Source of the DNA: Candidatus Heimdallarchaeota archaeon
GTDB taxonomy: Archaea; Asgardarchaeota; Heimdallarchaeia; Hodarchaeales; Hodarchaeaceae
DNA: 64,000 nt
Direction of reading: 5' to 3'
Assembly: GCA_020353515.1 (NCBI GenBank)
Contig: CP070695.1
Location: 2,294,866-2,358,865 of the forward strand
Of the stretch, positions 39,182-49,060 are shown in pieces; position 1 is the stretch's first letter; every line of letters begins with the position of its first letter. The position numbers and the translations under genes were made by a program. The notes below the pieces were generated by a model, which had not been told where the DNA came from, made no database searches, and saw only the letters and a program-made list of their open reading frames with translations.

Positions 39182-40312
39182 ATGTTTAGGTTTCTTCGTG
39201 TTAATACAGATGCAATATGGGAGAATCCTGTAGTAGTTCGTCGGTTCCAGCATTATTTAGGAGTATTCCAGGGAAAGAAATCTGCAAGATACTTGATTGT
39301 TAAAAAAACTCCTGTAAATCTCTCTGATCTAATGGATCTTTCTCTTTCAGAGATGTGGGAACATCATAAACAAACTCGAGAAAGATTCAACAAGATTGAA
39401 TCGAAGATCGAAAAAGGACAAAGTACTATTCAGGAATTAGACAATCCAGAAATTTCATTTTTAGACCTAAAGGTCAGGATTGCGAAGGAAATCATCCAGA
39501 ACTGTCATTTTTGTGAACGTCGATGCCACGTTGACCGAACTAAAAAGGAATTAGGCTTTTGTCGTCTTGCAGATAAAAGTATTGTAACATCTGCTTTTCT
39601 TCATGTTGGTGAAGAACCCCCATTAATTCCCTCTGGTACAATTTTTTTTATTGGATGCACATTTCGTTGCGCCTTCTGTCAGAATTGGTCCATTTCTCAA
39701 AAGTGGGGAAACATTGATAACTTGAACGAGGGATATTTTGTGACCCCTGTTTCATTAAGCAAAATTATGGAAAAACTTGCTAAAGAGGGAGCCAAGAATA
39801 TCAACTGGGTTGGTGGGGATCCAACACCTAATATTCATACGATTCTTGAAGCTTTAACTCATTTTCAAGTAAATATTATTCAATTATGGAATTCAAATAT
39901 GTTTGTTTCCTTAGAGGGGATGGAACTCTTGCTTGATGTGATGGATTTCTGGTTACCTGACCTGAAATTCTTTGAAAATGGATTTGCCTATGAGATGACC
40001 AAAGCGAAGAGCTACAAGGAAGTTGCAACAAGAAATATCAAAAAAGCATACAACAATGGTTTTCATGAGATGATAATTCGTCATCTTATAATGCCAGGGC
40101 GAGTAGAGGCAGATACATTACCTATTCTAGATTGGTGTGCTGGAAATGTAGAACGAGCTTTTGTTAATATTATGGCCCAATGGAGACCAGAACATAAAAT
40201 CCATGGCAATCCACGATATAATACACTTGATAGACGGGTATCAAGTCAAGAAATGGATCGTGCGCGGAAATATGCGGATCAATTGGGGATCCGTTGGCGA
40301 GAGGTGCATTGA
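39182..40312 (+). CDS. Radical SAM protein, PflX family
   Basis: CHFCERRC, HVGEEPPL, CTFRCAFCQN, GGDPTP and IIRHL. Confidence 0.9.
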   Translation: MFRFLRVNTDAIWENPVVVRRFQHYLGVFQGKKSARYLIVKKTPVNLSDLMDLSLSEMWEHHKQTRERFNKIESKIEKGQSTIQELDNPEISFLDLKVRIAKEIIQNCHFCERRCHVDRTKKELGFCRLADKSIVTSAFLHVGEEPPLIPSGTIFFIGCTFRCAFCQNWSISQKWGNIDNLNEGYFVTPVSLSKIMEKLAKEGAKNINWVGGDPTPNIHTILEALTHFQVNIIQLWNSNMFVSLEGMELLLDVMDFWLPDLKFFENGFAYEMTKAKSYKEVATRNIKKAYNNGFHEMIIRHLIMPGRVEADTLPILDWCAGNVERAFVNIMAQWRPEHKIHGNPRYNTLDRRVSSQEMDRARKYADQLGIRWREVH

Positions 40313-40313
40313 T
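40240..40313 (+). repeat. Direct repeat copy 1 (3' end of the PflX-like gene)
   Basis: Core 40279-40313 matches 41916-41950 at 32/35 nt. Confidence 0.85.
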
Positions 40314-40513
40314 TGGAATTTTGAAATAGTATTCTTATTATTTCGATTAAAGAGGATCAAGCTAATGAGTCTCTTCATTTTGATTGTTTGGACGAATAAA
40401 CTGAATAAACTTGGATATTTTGATGAAGTCATATCGAGAATAAAAGTAATTGCTTAATCGGCCTGATTCAAATTATTCTTCCAAAGGAAAAACATTAGGG
40501 GAATGATGTGGAT

Positions 40514-41656
40514 TCACGTCTTCTTCCGCTTCCGAAAGATCACTACAAAGGTACCCATAAATATAATAAGTGGAAAGAAGCTTGGAAATGTACCCGCTTG
40601 TGGGGGCATCGTGGATGTAGTTTCAACAGTATTTGATGTTGCAAGAGTAGTTGTTGTCGATGTTTGTTCCGTCGCTTCGACAGTGATTGCTAATTCCATT
40701 GTGTCTAGAACAGAGGAGTCATTATGTAACTCTAAGGTGACATTATAATCACCAGGAGATACAGATGTTGATACTTCTATGGTTGCATTTACCTTCTCGG
40801 AATATCCTCTTTTTTTACCCTTTAGGTCAATAATATTCTCTGGCTCAAGAGACACGGTAATACCAGTAGGTGTTTCCCCAATGGTAAGGGTTGCACATCC
40901 AGCAGCTTCACCATGATTATACACCCAAAAGGGAATTAAATTACTACTACCTTGTTCACAAGAGACTAAAACCGAATCTTTTTTGAATTCGAGATTACAG
41001 GGTTTTGGAAAAACAATAATTTCATCATTTACAGTAATATTATCCAAAGCATGGCCACCTTGGGCCACAAAGCCAAAGTAATTTGATGATGTGATAGTTG
41101 TATCGATTGGATCTGAATATAATATTCCATCGACAAAAATGCAGAATTGTCCGTTTGTATCACGTGTCACGTCAATATGTTGCCAACCAGAAACACCAGG
41201 AGGAATCCATTCATCGACATTAGTCATTTTTTCACCTTCCCGTCTCCACAATCTATAAGAGGGGGGATCAATATATATCATGATGTCGTAACCATAAGTT
41301 TCACAGTCCGCAACTGACTCTCCAATTTCTAAATTATCAGCCAGAAGAAAGATGATCAAATGGTCACCAAACAGCCTATCGGTGGTGTTAACATACACAT
41401 CAATACTCCATGTTCCGTAAATAACAGAACTAGGATGATATGCTAAGTGCCAAACTTTTTCTTCAATAGTTCGCAAACATTTGTCATCAGCAGAAAAAGT
41501 TCCATTTGACACAATCCAGCCATCATAATTCCCCCTATCAAAATTATCTGACCATATAAGTGTAGCAGAACATGGATATGGTTTAAAATTTGGTATAGAG
41601 AGGAATATAAGAAAAACAAGGAAAAACCATGGTGTTAAAGTTTTTTTTGGTTTCAT
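40514..41656 (-). CDS. Secreted/surface protein: lectin-like beta-sandwich, Ig-like domain, Thr-rich linker and C-terminal TM anchor
   Basis: Signal peptide, WSDNFD...GWQHIDVTRD, SPGDYNVTL, poly-T linker, FPSF-TM-RKRKK. Confidence 0.8.
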   Translation of the reverse strand: MKPKKTLTPWFFLVFLIFLSIPNFKPYPCSATLIWSDNFDRGNYDGWIVSNGTFSADDKCLRTIEEKVWHLAYHPSSVIYGTWSIDVYVNTTDRLFGDHLIIFLLADNLEIGESVADCETYGYDIMIYIDPPSYRLWRREGEKMTNVDEWIPPGVSGWQHIDVTRDTNGQFCIFVDGILYSDPIDTTITSSNYFGFVAQGGHALDNITVNDEIIVFPKPCNLEFKKDSVLVSCEQGSSNLIPFWVYNHGEAAGCATLTIGETPTGITVSLEPENIIDLKGKKRGYSEKVNATIEVSTSVSPGDYNVTLELHNDSSVLDTMELAITVEATEQTSTTTTLATSNTVETTSTMPPQAGTFPSFFPLIIFMGTFVVIFRKRKKT

Positions 41657-41880
41657 AAATTCATTCTCCTTATGAAAAAAAATATTTCAAAAAAAAACAA
41701 TTACAAATTGGTAGTGTATTTGCATATAAATATATTGTTGGGATTTTAAAAAAAGGATCTCCCTCTGAATATTCGAAATCGTTAGGCAATTGGTTTCTCT
41801 GATTTTGAGATAAACGAGTAAGTTGTCTTATGTTGGATACTCTTATTAAGGTTGCTTATGATAACAGTTTTTATGATTTG

Positions 41881-41950
41881 ATCAAGCCAAGAAATGGTTC
41901 AGGCGCCTATATGTTTCAATTGGGGATTTGTTGGCGTGAGGTGCATTGAT
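41881..41950 (+). repeat. Direct repeat copy 2 (degraded 3' end of the PflX-like gene)
   Basis: ATCAAGCCAAGAAATGG...TCAATTGGGGATTTGTTGGCGTGAGGTGCATTGAT. Confidence 0.85.
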
Positions 41951-41969
41951 CCGTAACTAAAGTAAGCTA

Positions 41970-43094
41970 TCAATCCAGAGGGATAAAAGTAGTTTGCAGG
42001 TTGTCATAAGTCGGATATTCTTCAGCAATTCCTAGTATTACATCTGGAAATAGTACCCTGATTTCATCTTTCAATTCGTCCAGTATAGCCGCGTTTGTAA
42101 GAAGACGGTTCTTTGAATGGTCAATATGAATTATTTCTTCTTGGATTTCCAATTCATCAATTAATGTCCTGTGAAGTTCATCTAAATCCGTTGATGGCGA
42201 TTGAATAACACCCCGCAGCAATAATCCCTTATCTGAGCCATCAGGGATTATCACATCAGAGGGAAGCTTAGTTTTCTTAGCTATTCGATATATACGATTT
42301 GGTAATTGTATTCTATCCTTGGTAGCTAATGAACAGAAATGTACTGGGAGAGACACATGATTTGAGGCCCAATTAACTATTTTTTCACCTAGTTCATAAC
42401 TTCCTTCGACAGCTGATGGATTTTTTTCATTAGATTTGAGTCCCCGAGCTATTAAATTCCGATAATTAGTTTCACTAATTTCTAGTTCATTTAGATTGAT
42501 GAAATAGAATTGGTCTTTTGCTGGGAGAATATCCTCAAAGTAGGTAATAAGGTCACGATAGTAATTAAATCCTTTCGTTGGGATCACTGGAACTTCTATT
42601 CCAATGTCCAGATCGAATTGAGTAGCTAATTGAACTTGAACGAGATCCTTTTGAATATTTACAACATGAAATCTGATTTCATCAATAAAAGGACTCATAA
42701 GAGAAAGCTTTTCGAATGTAAGCTCTTTTCCTCTTGTGTATAGGTGAATGTGGAAGGACTCTGAGTATAACTGTTTTAAAATTCTACAAAATTCTAACGT
42801 TTGTGAAAAAGAATGTTGCTCTAGTGGATCTCCTCCAGTCATGCTGGCTCCTCTAGCCTCCATATTTGAGGCTTCGAGTGTTAAGTCCTCGACATTTTTT
42901 ATCGGTCTCTCATTAGCAAACGGATCTCGAGAAGCCATTCGTTCTAAACTTAAAGGGCAGTAAAAACATTTACTGGAACAATCCGTTGCAACTAAAACAA
43001 CAAGTTTTTCCCCTCCAATACATTGTTGGCATCCTCGCGAGAGAGATGATGTATAAAAGCTTCCCCAAGGCGTTTTTTTCAATTTATCAGTCAT
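41970..43094 (-). CDS. Archaeal radical SAM protein (COG2108-like)
   Basis: GCQQCIGGEKLV, CSSKCFYCP, TGGDP, HIHLYT, DEIRFH and NLNELEISETN. Confidence 0.88.
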   Translation of the reverse strand: MTDKLKKTPWGSFYTSSLSRGCQQCIGGEKLVVLVATDCSSKCFYCPLSLERMASRDPFANERPIKNVEDLTLEASNMEARGASMTGGDPLEQHSFSQTLEFCRILKQLYSESFHIHLYTRGKELTFEKLSLMSPFIDEIRFHVVNIQKDLVQVQLATQFDLDIGIEVPVIPTKGFNYYRDLITYFEDILPAKDQFYFINLNELEISETNYRNLIARGLKSNEKNPSAVEGSYELGEKIVNWASNHVSLPVHFCSLATKDRIQLPNRIYRIAKKTKLPSDVIIPDGSDKGLLLRGVIQSPSTDLDELHRTLIDELEIQEEIIHIDHSKNRLLTNAAILDELKDEIRVLFPDVILGIAEEYPTYDNLQTTFIPLD

Positions 43095-43143
43095 ATAAAT
43101 CCCTTCTCAGTGACTAGGAAAAACAGTTTTCCCCTGTAATGAT

Positions 43144-43443
43144 TCACTCAGAAAATTCCCAAAATAACACTTCAAAGTGATCTCCATGAGAAATAACTTT
43201 AAAGTACCCTGGGAGATCAGCTTGGCCTAAAATTTTCTTTGTATAGAATTTAATTTTTCGAGAGGGTAATCCTTCAATTTTTAAAGTCTTCCCTTCTTTT
43301 GTAGCCTTAATATTTTCTTTTTCTTGAATTAAAGCTATAATATCATCAATTAATTCGGATTTTGGAATCTTTGAGAGATCGACTTTTACCATAAGGATTT
43401 CTCCATTTTCTGGAATTTTTTGAGTAGACACCTTTAACGTCAT
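43144..43443 (-). CDS. rpl22e: Ribosomal protein eL22-like
   Basis: SRKIKFYTKKILGQADLPGYFKVIS...FEVLFW resembles eL22 SKRYLKYLTKKYL...LRDWLRVVA...YELRYF (recalled). Confidence 0.7.
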   Translation of the reverse strand: MTLKVSTQKIPENGEILMVKVDLSKIPKSELIDDIIALIQEKENIKATKEGKTLKIEGLPSRKIKFYTKKILGQADLPGYFKVISHGDHFEVLFWEFSE

Positions 43444-43493
43444 CGTATCAAGCCCTTCTGCTCACATCTACGTGACAACGGCAGTCTATCTCG

Positions 43494-43907
43494 TTATGTG
43501 CAAAGATGTTCATCCAACTGATAGTGTTGGTAGTCTTGCACTATTAAATTTGCGATCACCAATAAATGGTTTCGTAGTGATGTGTGTCCGTGTTCTAACG
43601 ATTCATTCAAACAATTTAATTCTTTATTTAAATAAATGTAGCAATACAATTTCCAAATGTTGGTACTGACCTCCTTTATTTCAATTGCTAGTTGTTTGAA
43701 GTCAATATTTTCTGTTGAATACCAATTATATCTATTATTTCTTGGTGAGCGTATTTTACGTGTTATTCCTGCAGCTATTCGGTCGTATTTTTGAAAGGTT
43801 TGGATTAGTGGACAGTTTATTTCCTCATGATGTTATCTTAACAATTTCATCAATTCCAAATCCTCTAATTCTGTTTCAACATAGATCGTCAAAGATTATG
43901 ATCTCAT
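43494..43907 (-). pseudogene. Probable pseudogene of an unknown protein
   Basis: ATG overlaps the upstream stop (TAATG); in-frame TAA at 43896-98 and 43833-35, then 112 open codons to TAA at 43494. Confidence 0.5.
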
Positions 43908-44839
43908 TAAAATTCAGGAATCAAAGGAACCGATCGTGCATAATTTGAAGCTTGATAATAGAAGGTTACTTTTTCAATCGCGTCTACAGAGAGATTAGTT
44001 TCTTGAAATATTTCTTGAATCGAGAAACCTGATTCTAATCTTATTAAAATGCGATCGACATCTTCAGAATTCAATCCAAAAAAGAAGTTATAGGCTGGAG
44101 GTTTTTTGAATTCCTTTGTAGTTAAATATTCTCGAAACCCAAGATGTTCAGCTAGTTGAATGACTTGAGTTCGGTAAATATTGGCCAATGGTAAAAAATC
44201 ACAAGCATGATAAGTACCAAACTTTGTAAAAAATCCTAAAAGCCATTCACTTTTGTTCGTAGAGCCAATGACGGATTTATTTTCTGTCTCTCCTAGTAAG
44301 AATGCTAATAACACACTTAAGCGAATTTGACTTTTATGATAGGCAATGGTGTTCTGAATGAAGTTCTCTCGTGGTGATGATGGTTTTTTCATGGGAGGAA
44401 AATAAGTTTTCTCTTGAATTTCTGGAGCAGCCATACTTCTCAAAAGAAAATAACTCAAATTATAATTAAGAAGAGGACTAGTGTCATAAAACATTGGCCT
44501 TCTTTCATAAAAAATTTTCCTAATCTCTTTGAGGGCTCCTTCCATGTTAATAAACACAATATTCTCCTTAGGAAGGTTAATAAATCGATTTATTTCTGCT
44601 AAAGACATTCTTTCCTTTGGTGCCTTGTAAATAAATCGTCCTCTAGTCACTATAAGTTTAATATTCTCATTTCCTACTATTTCTTTAGCAATGTGAACAT
44701 TGATTAATGATTCGATACAATCACTAAATATTACGACAAGTCCATTGATATCTCTTTGCTCTAGCTTGACACGAATAAAATCAATGATTTTTGCTTTAAT
44801 ATCAACTGGATCAATTCTAAGATTGTTATCAATTGTCAT
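43907..44839 (-). CDS. NAD+ synthetase (NadE)-like protein with a degenerate ATP pyrophosphatase motif
   Basis: GSTNKSEWLLGFFTKFG and DFLPLANIYRTQV..LA conserved; SGGxDS replaced by FSDCIES. Confidence 0.8.
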   Translation of the reverse strand: MTIDNNLRIDPVDIKAKIIDFIRVKLEQRDINGLVVIFSDCIESLINVHIAKEIVGNENIKLIVTRGRFIYKAPKERMSLAEINRFINLPKENIVFINMEGALKEIRKIFYERRPMFYDTSPLLNYNLSYFLLRSMAAPEIQEKTYFPPMKKPSSPRENFIQNTIAYHKSQIRLSVLLAFLLGETENKSVIGSTNKSEWLLGFFTKFGTYHACDFLPLANIYRTQVIQLAEHLGFREYLTTKEFKKPPAYNFFFGLNSEDVDRILIRLESGFSIQEIFQETNLSVDAIEKVTFYYQASNYARSVPLIPEF

Positions 44840-45004
44840 CCTTATTCTCCTTTATTAAATAATGTGAATTTTCCCCCTTATATTTATTTCAATCCCTGTC
44901 ACATTCAAATTATATTCATCATTCTTTCAATATGAAGAGTAATAAGGAGGCGAATAATTTTTAGAAAAAAAATAAAAGTGATGTGCTCACTATGATAAGT
45001 AACA

Positions 45005-46426
45005 ATGATTTCATCGAGGTTGTCAACAAATCGGATAAAACAGATACTACTAATTTTCTTTTTTATTGTAATATTAAGTTTTTTAATAATTTTTTATTTA
45101 CTAAATCCACGTATTGGAAAAATGGTTATTTTTTCGCTTGTTTTTATTGTCGCTTTCCTCCTTGTTGCGAAATATCATCATGAACAACTTACTATCATCT
45201 TAGTTTCTTGCTTAATCGTGTTAACTTTAGCAATTTTTTTGTTAGAAGACTTTACTTGGAATAATGTGGTTGATCACTATATAGAATGGGAAGTTCTAGC
45301 TGTAGTTTTTGGTATGTCACTCCTAGTCGAAACAATATCCGATACAGGATTGTTTGACTGGTTAATCATAAGAATCTTGAAGATTTCTAAAGGAGAGGTT
45401 TTCCCCCTGTTCGTTCTGACCTTTATATTAACGATTTTATTATCATCTGTGCTAGCCAACGTTACAGCAATGATTCTCGTTGGTTCAATGATTATAACGA
45501 CTTGTAAAGGTCTTGACTATGATCCTACTCCCTTTATACTTGGTGCTGTTCTTGCTACTGACCTTGCTGGTATGTCAACAGTAGTATCTTCTTTACCTGC
45601 AATTTTAGTAGGAGCAAAGGCGGAAATAGGTTTTATTGAATTTCTTGTAGTTTCATTACCATTTGTGGTTTTGTCTATTCCATTATGTATTTTTTACTTG
45701 AAAAAATTCTTTCCCCCAGAGAAAATTCCACTAAAGGAAAAATCAAGTATTGACACTCAAATGATTTTATCTTTAGATCCATGGGTAGTAGTAGATGATA
45801 TTACGAAATTCAGGTTAGCATTCGTCTCATTAGCAATAACAATTATCGGATTTGCTCTTGCTCAACCCATGAATATACCTATTGGGGTTGTAGCTATCTC
45901 TGGTGGAATAATTGCAATTGTACTTACAAGGCCAAATGAACATGAACTAATTGGAAAACTAAATTGGAGTGCTCTACTTCTGTTTGCAGGACTCTTTATT
46001 TTAGTTGGCACATTAGAAGAGACTGAAGTGTTAATTGACATTGCTCACTGGCTTAAAGAGATAAGTGGAGGCGATCTTTTTCTTTCTGGTATTCTTATTC
46101 TTATAATTACAGGATTTTTCAGCGGCCTCCTAGACAACATTCCTGTCACAGCAGCACTTATTCCAGTAGTAGAAGATATGAATACAGCATATATTGATTC
46201 TAATCCTCGGTATCTCTGGTTTATCTTAGTTTTTTCTGGGGCGCTGGGAGGAGGTTGGACACCTTTTGGTTCCGCAGCAGGAATTTTGGCTGTCTCTTTT
46301 CTTGCTAAAAAACGACGTCCATTGGAGTTTAAAACGTTCGTCCTTTGTCTTCTACCCATATCTGTTGTCCTATTAATCCTTAGTGGGATCTATCTTTCAA
46401 TCCTAGCCTTAGCAGGTTTCATTTAA
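45005..46426 (+). CDS. ArsB/NhaD/P-protein (ion transporter superfamily) permease
   Basis: ~12 TMs; TGLFDWL, LANVTAM, LFAGLFILVG.LEET, SGLLDNIP and GGGWTPFGSAA. Confidence 0.88.
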   Translation: MISSRLSTNRIKQILLIFFFIVILSFLIIFYLLNPRIGKMVIFSLVFIVAFLLVAKYHHEQLTIILVSCLIVLTLAIFLLEDFTWNNVVDHYIEWEVLAVVFGMSLLVETISDTGLFDWLIIRILKISKGEVFPLFVLTFILTILLSSVLANVTAMILVGSMIITTCKGLDYDPTPFILGAVLATDLAGMSTVVSSLPAILVGAKAEIGFIEFLVVSLPFVVLSIPLCIFYLKKFFPPEKIPLKEKSSIDTQMILSLDPWVVVDDITKFRLAFVSLAITIIGFALAQPMNIPIGVVAISGGIIAIVLTRPNEHELIGKLNWSALLLFAGLFILVGTLEETEVLIDIAHWLKEISGGDLFLSGILILIITGFFSGLLDNIPVTAALIPVVEDMNTAYIDSNPRYLWFILVFSGALGGGWTPFGSAAGILAVSFLAKKRRPLEFKTFVLCLLPISVVLLILSGIYLSILALAGFI

Positions 46427-46632
46427 AATCAATAAAGAAAGTGTTGATGTTTAACTCATAATAAATAATAACACAATTTTAGAGTTGTTGCAAGATTATT
46501 GTGAATCCACTACTATCATTTGTGAAAATTTCTGGAACACTTTGAATCTAATTTTCTCTTTTTAATTAATCAACCAGAAGAATATAAGAAACTTAACTTC
46601 GTTTTCTATATCAAATTTTTTTTGGTAAAATT

Positions 46633-47447
46633 CTATTCTAATGGAGGGAAAATTAGAACGTTCGATGTTTGATTGCACAACGAGAGTATGATTCTTTGAG
46701 CATCATTTTCAATTATTTTCAATGCTTGAAACAAAATTAGAGCATCAGCTTCCTCTGACATTAAATTGCAGAATTCCTTTAAAGCAAATTGACCATCCAT
46801 AAATTTAATTCTGATATCTTCAGTGAAACTCTTTAATTTTTCTTCAATAATTTCCATATAAGTTTTCACTCACTCAATTTTCTTTTCAGATAGTTCTGAA
46901 TAGTATAAACTGACTTCTGCATCTCTTGACATGAGCGCAAATAACCATCTAAAAAAATCTTTTCTAAATATAGATTTTCTTATAAGCACCTTAATGTTAC
47001 CAAAATTTTTTGAGTGTGTCGAACAAGATATATTGGGATAGAATTCTCCATTAAGCATTTATTTATCATATTATCTATTGTTGTGCCTAAACAAGTATTA
47101 GATTGTTTTTCCTCTGGAGCAAATAAAGTAAAAGGAACTGGAATAATAATAAAATCAATTTTACGTTGATTTAGAATCTCTTCAATGCGAAAGAATGGAG
47201 CTTTTTCTTCATCAGTTAAAAATGCAACGTCAAAAAGTTCATCTTCACCATGAAATTCCCGTTTCACTTTTTCGATTAGTATAGGAAGAGTTTCAAGTTT
47301 AATTCTAGCTTCTTTTACTTCCCCATCTTTCATGAAACTGTTTTATCAAGTGAAAAATGAATTCTTCACGGTTGAATCAACAAATCTTAGAGAATTCCTA
47401 GATTTAAAAGCAAGCTCTAAATATATGTTTGAGATTCTCTTGATCAT
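46633..47447 (-). pseudogene. Fragmented universal-stress-protein (USP)-like gene
   Basis: Collinear fragments separated by stops just upstream of 47333, a frameshift near 47010 and an in-frame TGA at 46870; USP-like DFIIIP...LGTTID...IPIYLVR. Confidence 0.6.
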
Positions 47448-47565
47448 GCTTACCCAGTTTTCCCATCTTTTTCAACTTCAACAAGTGTATTAGTAATCGC
47501 TAAGTAACGTATGTTATACTAAAAATACTAAGATTAAGCAAGCTACCCCATAAAATCGAATCAAG

Positions 47566-48102
47566 TCAATTGAGGTCAGAAAAGGAAGAATCAGTGAGAG
47601 TATTATCGAGATAACTGAGGAGAAGTTCAAGATTGTAATTGTTTCTTTCTCCAATCAAATTTGATTCAAATGCAATGAATTTTGAGCATTCATGATTTTG
47701 TTTTGATGGTGATAACCGATTATACGAGCATGCACGGCTAATATCTAGAACTACTGATTCAAATGGTTTAGATAATAAATCTTGGCGCACTTGAGATTCA
47801 GAGAAAAGACCATTGGCTAATCCTGAAGAAATGATGGGCTCAGCTTTCATTATATAACCTAATAAGCAATCAACATGAGTGATATATCCTTCCTCGTTCC
47901 CAACTACAATTTTTTGTTCAAAAAGCTCCTCAATCGTAATTCTTCTCCCACAATGAGAACATATCAACCCACCTCCGTTGATAATGAGGTCATAAACCAC
48001 AAATAGATCAATTTCACTTTCGTCGATGTCCAATTGCCTCATTACTCCAGTTATCAACCTGTTGGGGCTTTTTAGATTCAGGACGAACGGATAAACACTC
48101 AT
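47566..48102 (-). CDS. Hypothetical protein with a C2HC zinc finger
   Basis: CSHCG...(24 aa)...HVDC. Confidence 0.7.
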   Translation of the reverse strand: MSVYPFVLNLKSPNRLITGVMRQLDIDESEIDLFVVYDLIINGGGLICSHCGRRITIEELFEQKIVVGNEEGYITHVDCLLGYIMKAEPIISSGLANGLFSESQVRQDLLSKPFESVVLDISRACSYNRLSPSKQNHECSKFIAFESNLIGERNNYNLELLLSYLDNTLTDSSFSDLN

Positions 48103-48496
48103 TATTTATAGTATTTTCTATCAATTTCAAAACTGAATTAATATGCCTCTTACCTTTTCATTATTTAAATTGAACTGAATAAGTTATTGGACTATTATAA
48201 GGATCTCTTGGTTAGGGTAATTGAACATTAAGTTTTCTTTAACTAGATGCATTCGCTTTCAAGTAAAAAAGTATATTTGAACTAACCACTCCAATAAATT
48301 ACTTGTTCTTTTTCGAAAATGGAGATAAAATCGATCTGTTTTATGTAAAGAAAAGTTTTTCTAAAATTTATCATTTTAGTTCAATTGCCTAATAGGTTGG
48401 ATTTAGATAGCTCCTCGTTTATATCCAGCAAGATTATTGGATTAAAACGATAATTTCATCAGTATAATAGAATTTAACAGGTAGGTATGATTAAAA

Positions 48497-48772
48497 ATGG
48501 AGGATAAGATTGAGAATTCTAAGATGTTGTTGCAACAAATCTCTTCTGATCATAGTGTTCCAAAGAACATTCGAAGAGCTGCAAAAGAAGCTTTTGTAGC
48601 TATCACTGGTAAGAATACTCGAGATGATGACCCTCCAGAAGTACGTGCAAATTTAGCCATTTCAATTTTAGACGAAATCAGTCAAGATCCTAATTGTCCG
48701 CTTTTCGCCAGAACCACTATTTGGAATGTCCTTTCCCTCCTCGAAACTATTACCTCCGAAAATCTTGACTAG
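48497..48772 (+). CDS. UPF0147 family protein
   Basis: D.SVPKNIRRAA, AISILDEISQDPN.P and RT.IW. Confidence 0.92.
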   Translation: MEDKIENSKMLLQQISSDHSVPKNIRRAAKEAFVAITGKNTRDDDPPEVRANLAISILDEISQDPNCPLFARTTIWNVLSLLETITSENLD

Positions 48773-48781
48773 TTTTTATTT

Positions 48782-48997
48782 TTATACTTCTTCAACAGGG
48801 ATATTCAGGTTCTGCACAATCTCATTCGCTTCTTTTGGGTTTGTTTTATATGTATATAGACGTTTTTTTGTTCTAAGCTTCAGTTTAACTATCTCAGAGT
48901 TTTTTAGTCGTTTAACATAGCAGATCGAAGCCAATCCTAGTGTTGTCATAAATTCTTCCTTAGATTTTAGTTCTTCCGGCAATTTTATCTTCCTCAT
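48782..48997 (-). CDS. rpl38e: Ribosomal protein eL38
   Basis: KLKLRTKKRLYT motif. Confidence 0.85.
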   Translation of the reverse strand: MRKIKLPEELKSKEEFMTTLGLASICYVKRLKNSEIVKLKLRTKKRLYTYKTNPKEANEIVQNLNIPVEEV

Positions 48998-49060
48998 GAA
49001 GAAATATCTTCATCAGTTCGATTTTTTATTGATTTTTTATTGTTATTCTATTAATTTTGA

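Noticed and set aside
43444-43605. RNase P RNA (GTGCAAG and GCAGAAGGGCTT words on the minus strand)
   Set aside because: No matching 5' P4 strand, and the region is too short.
46870-46872. In-frame TGA as selenocysteine
   Set aside because: No redox-motif context or convincing SECIS, and the same gene has other lesions, so decay is the simpler explanation.
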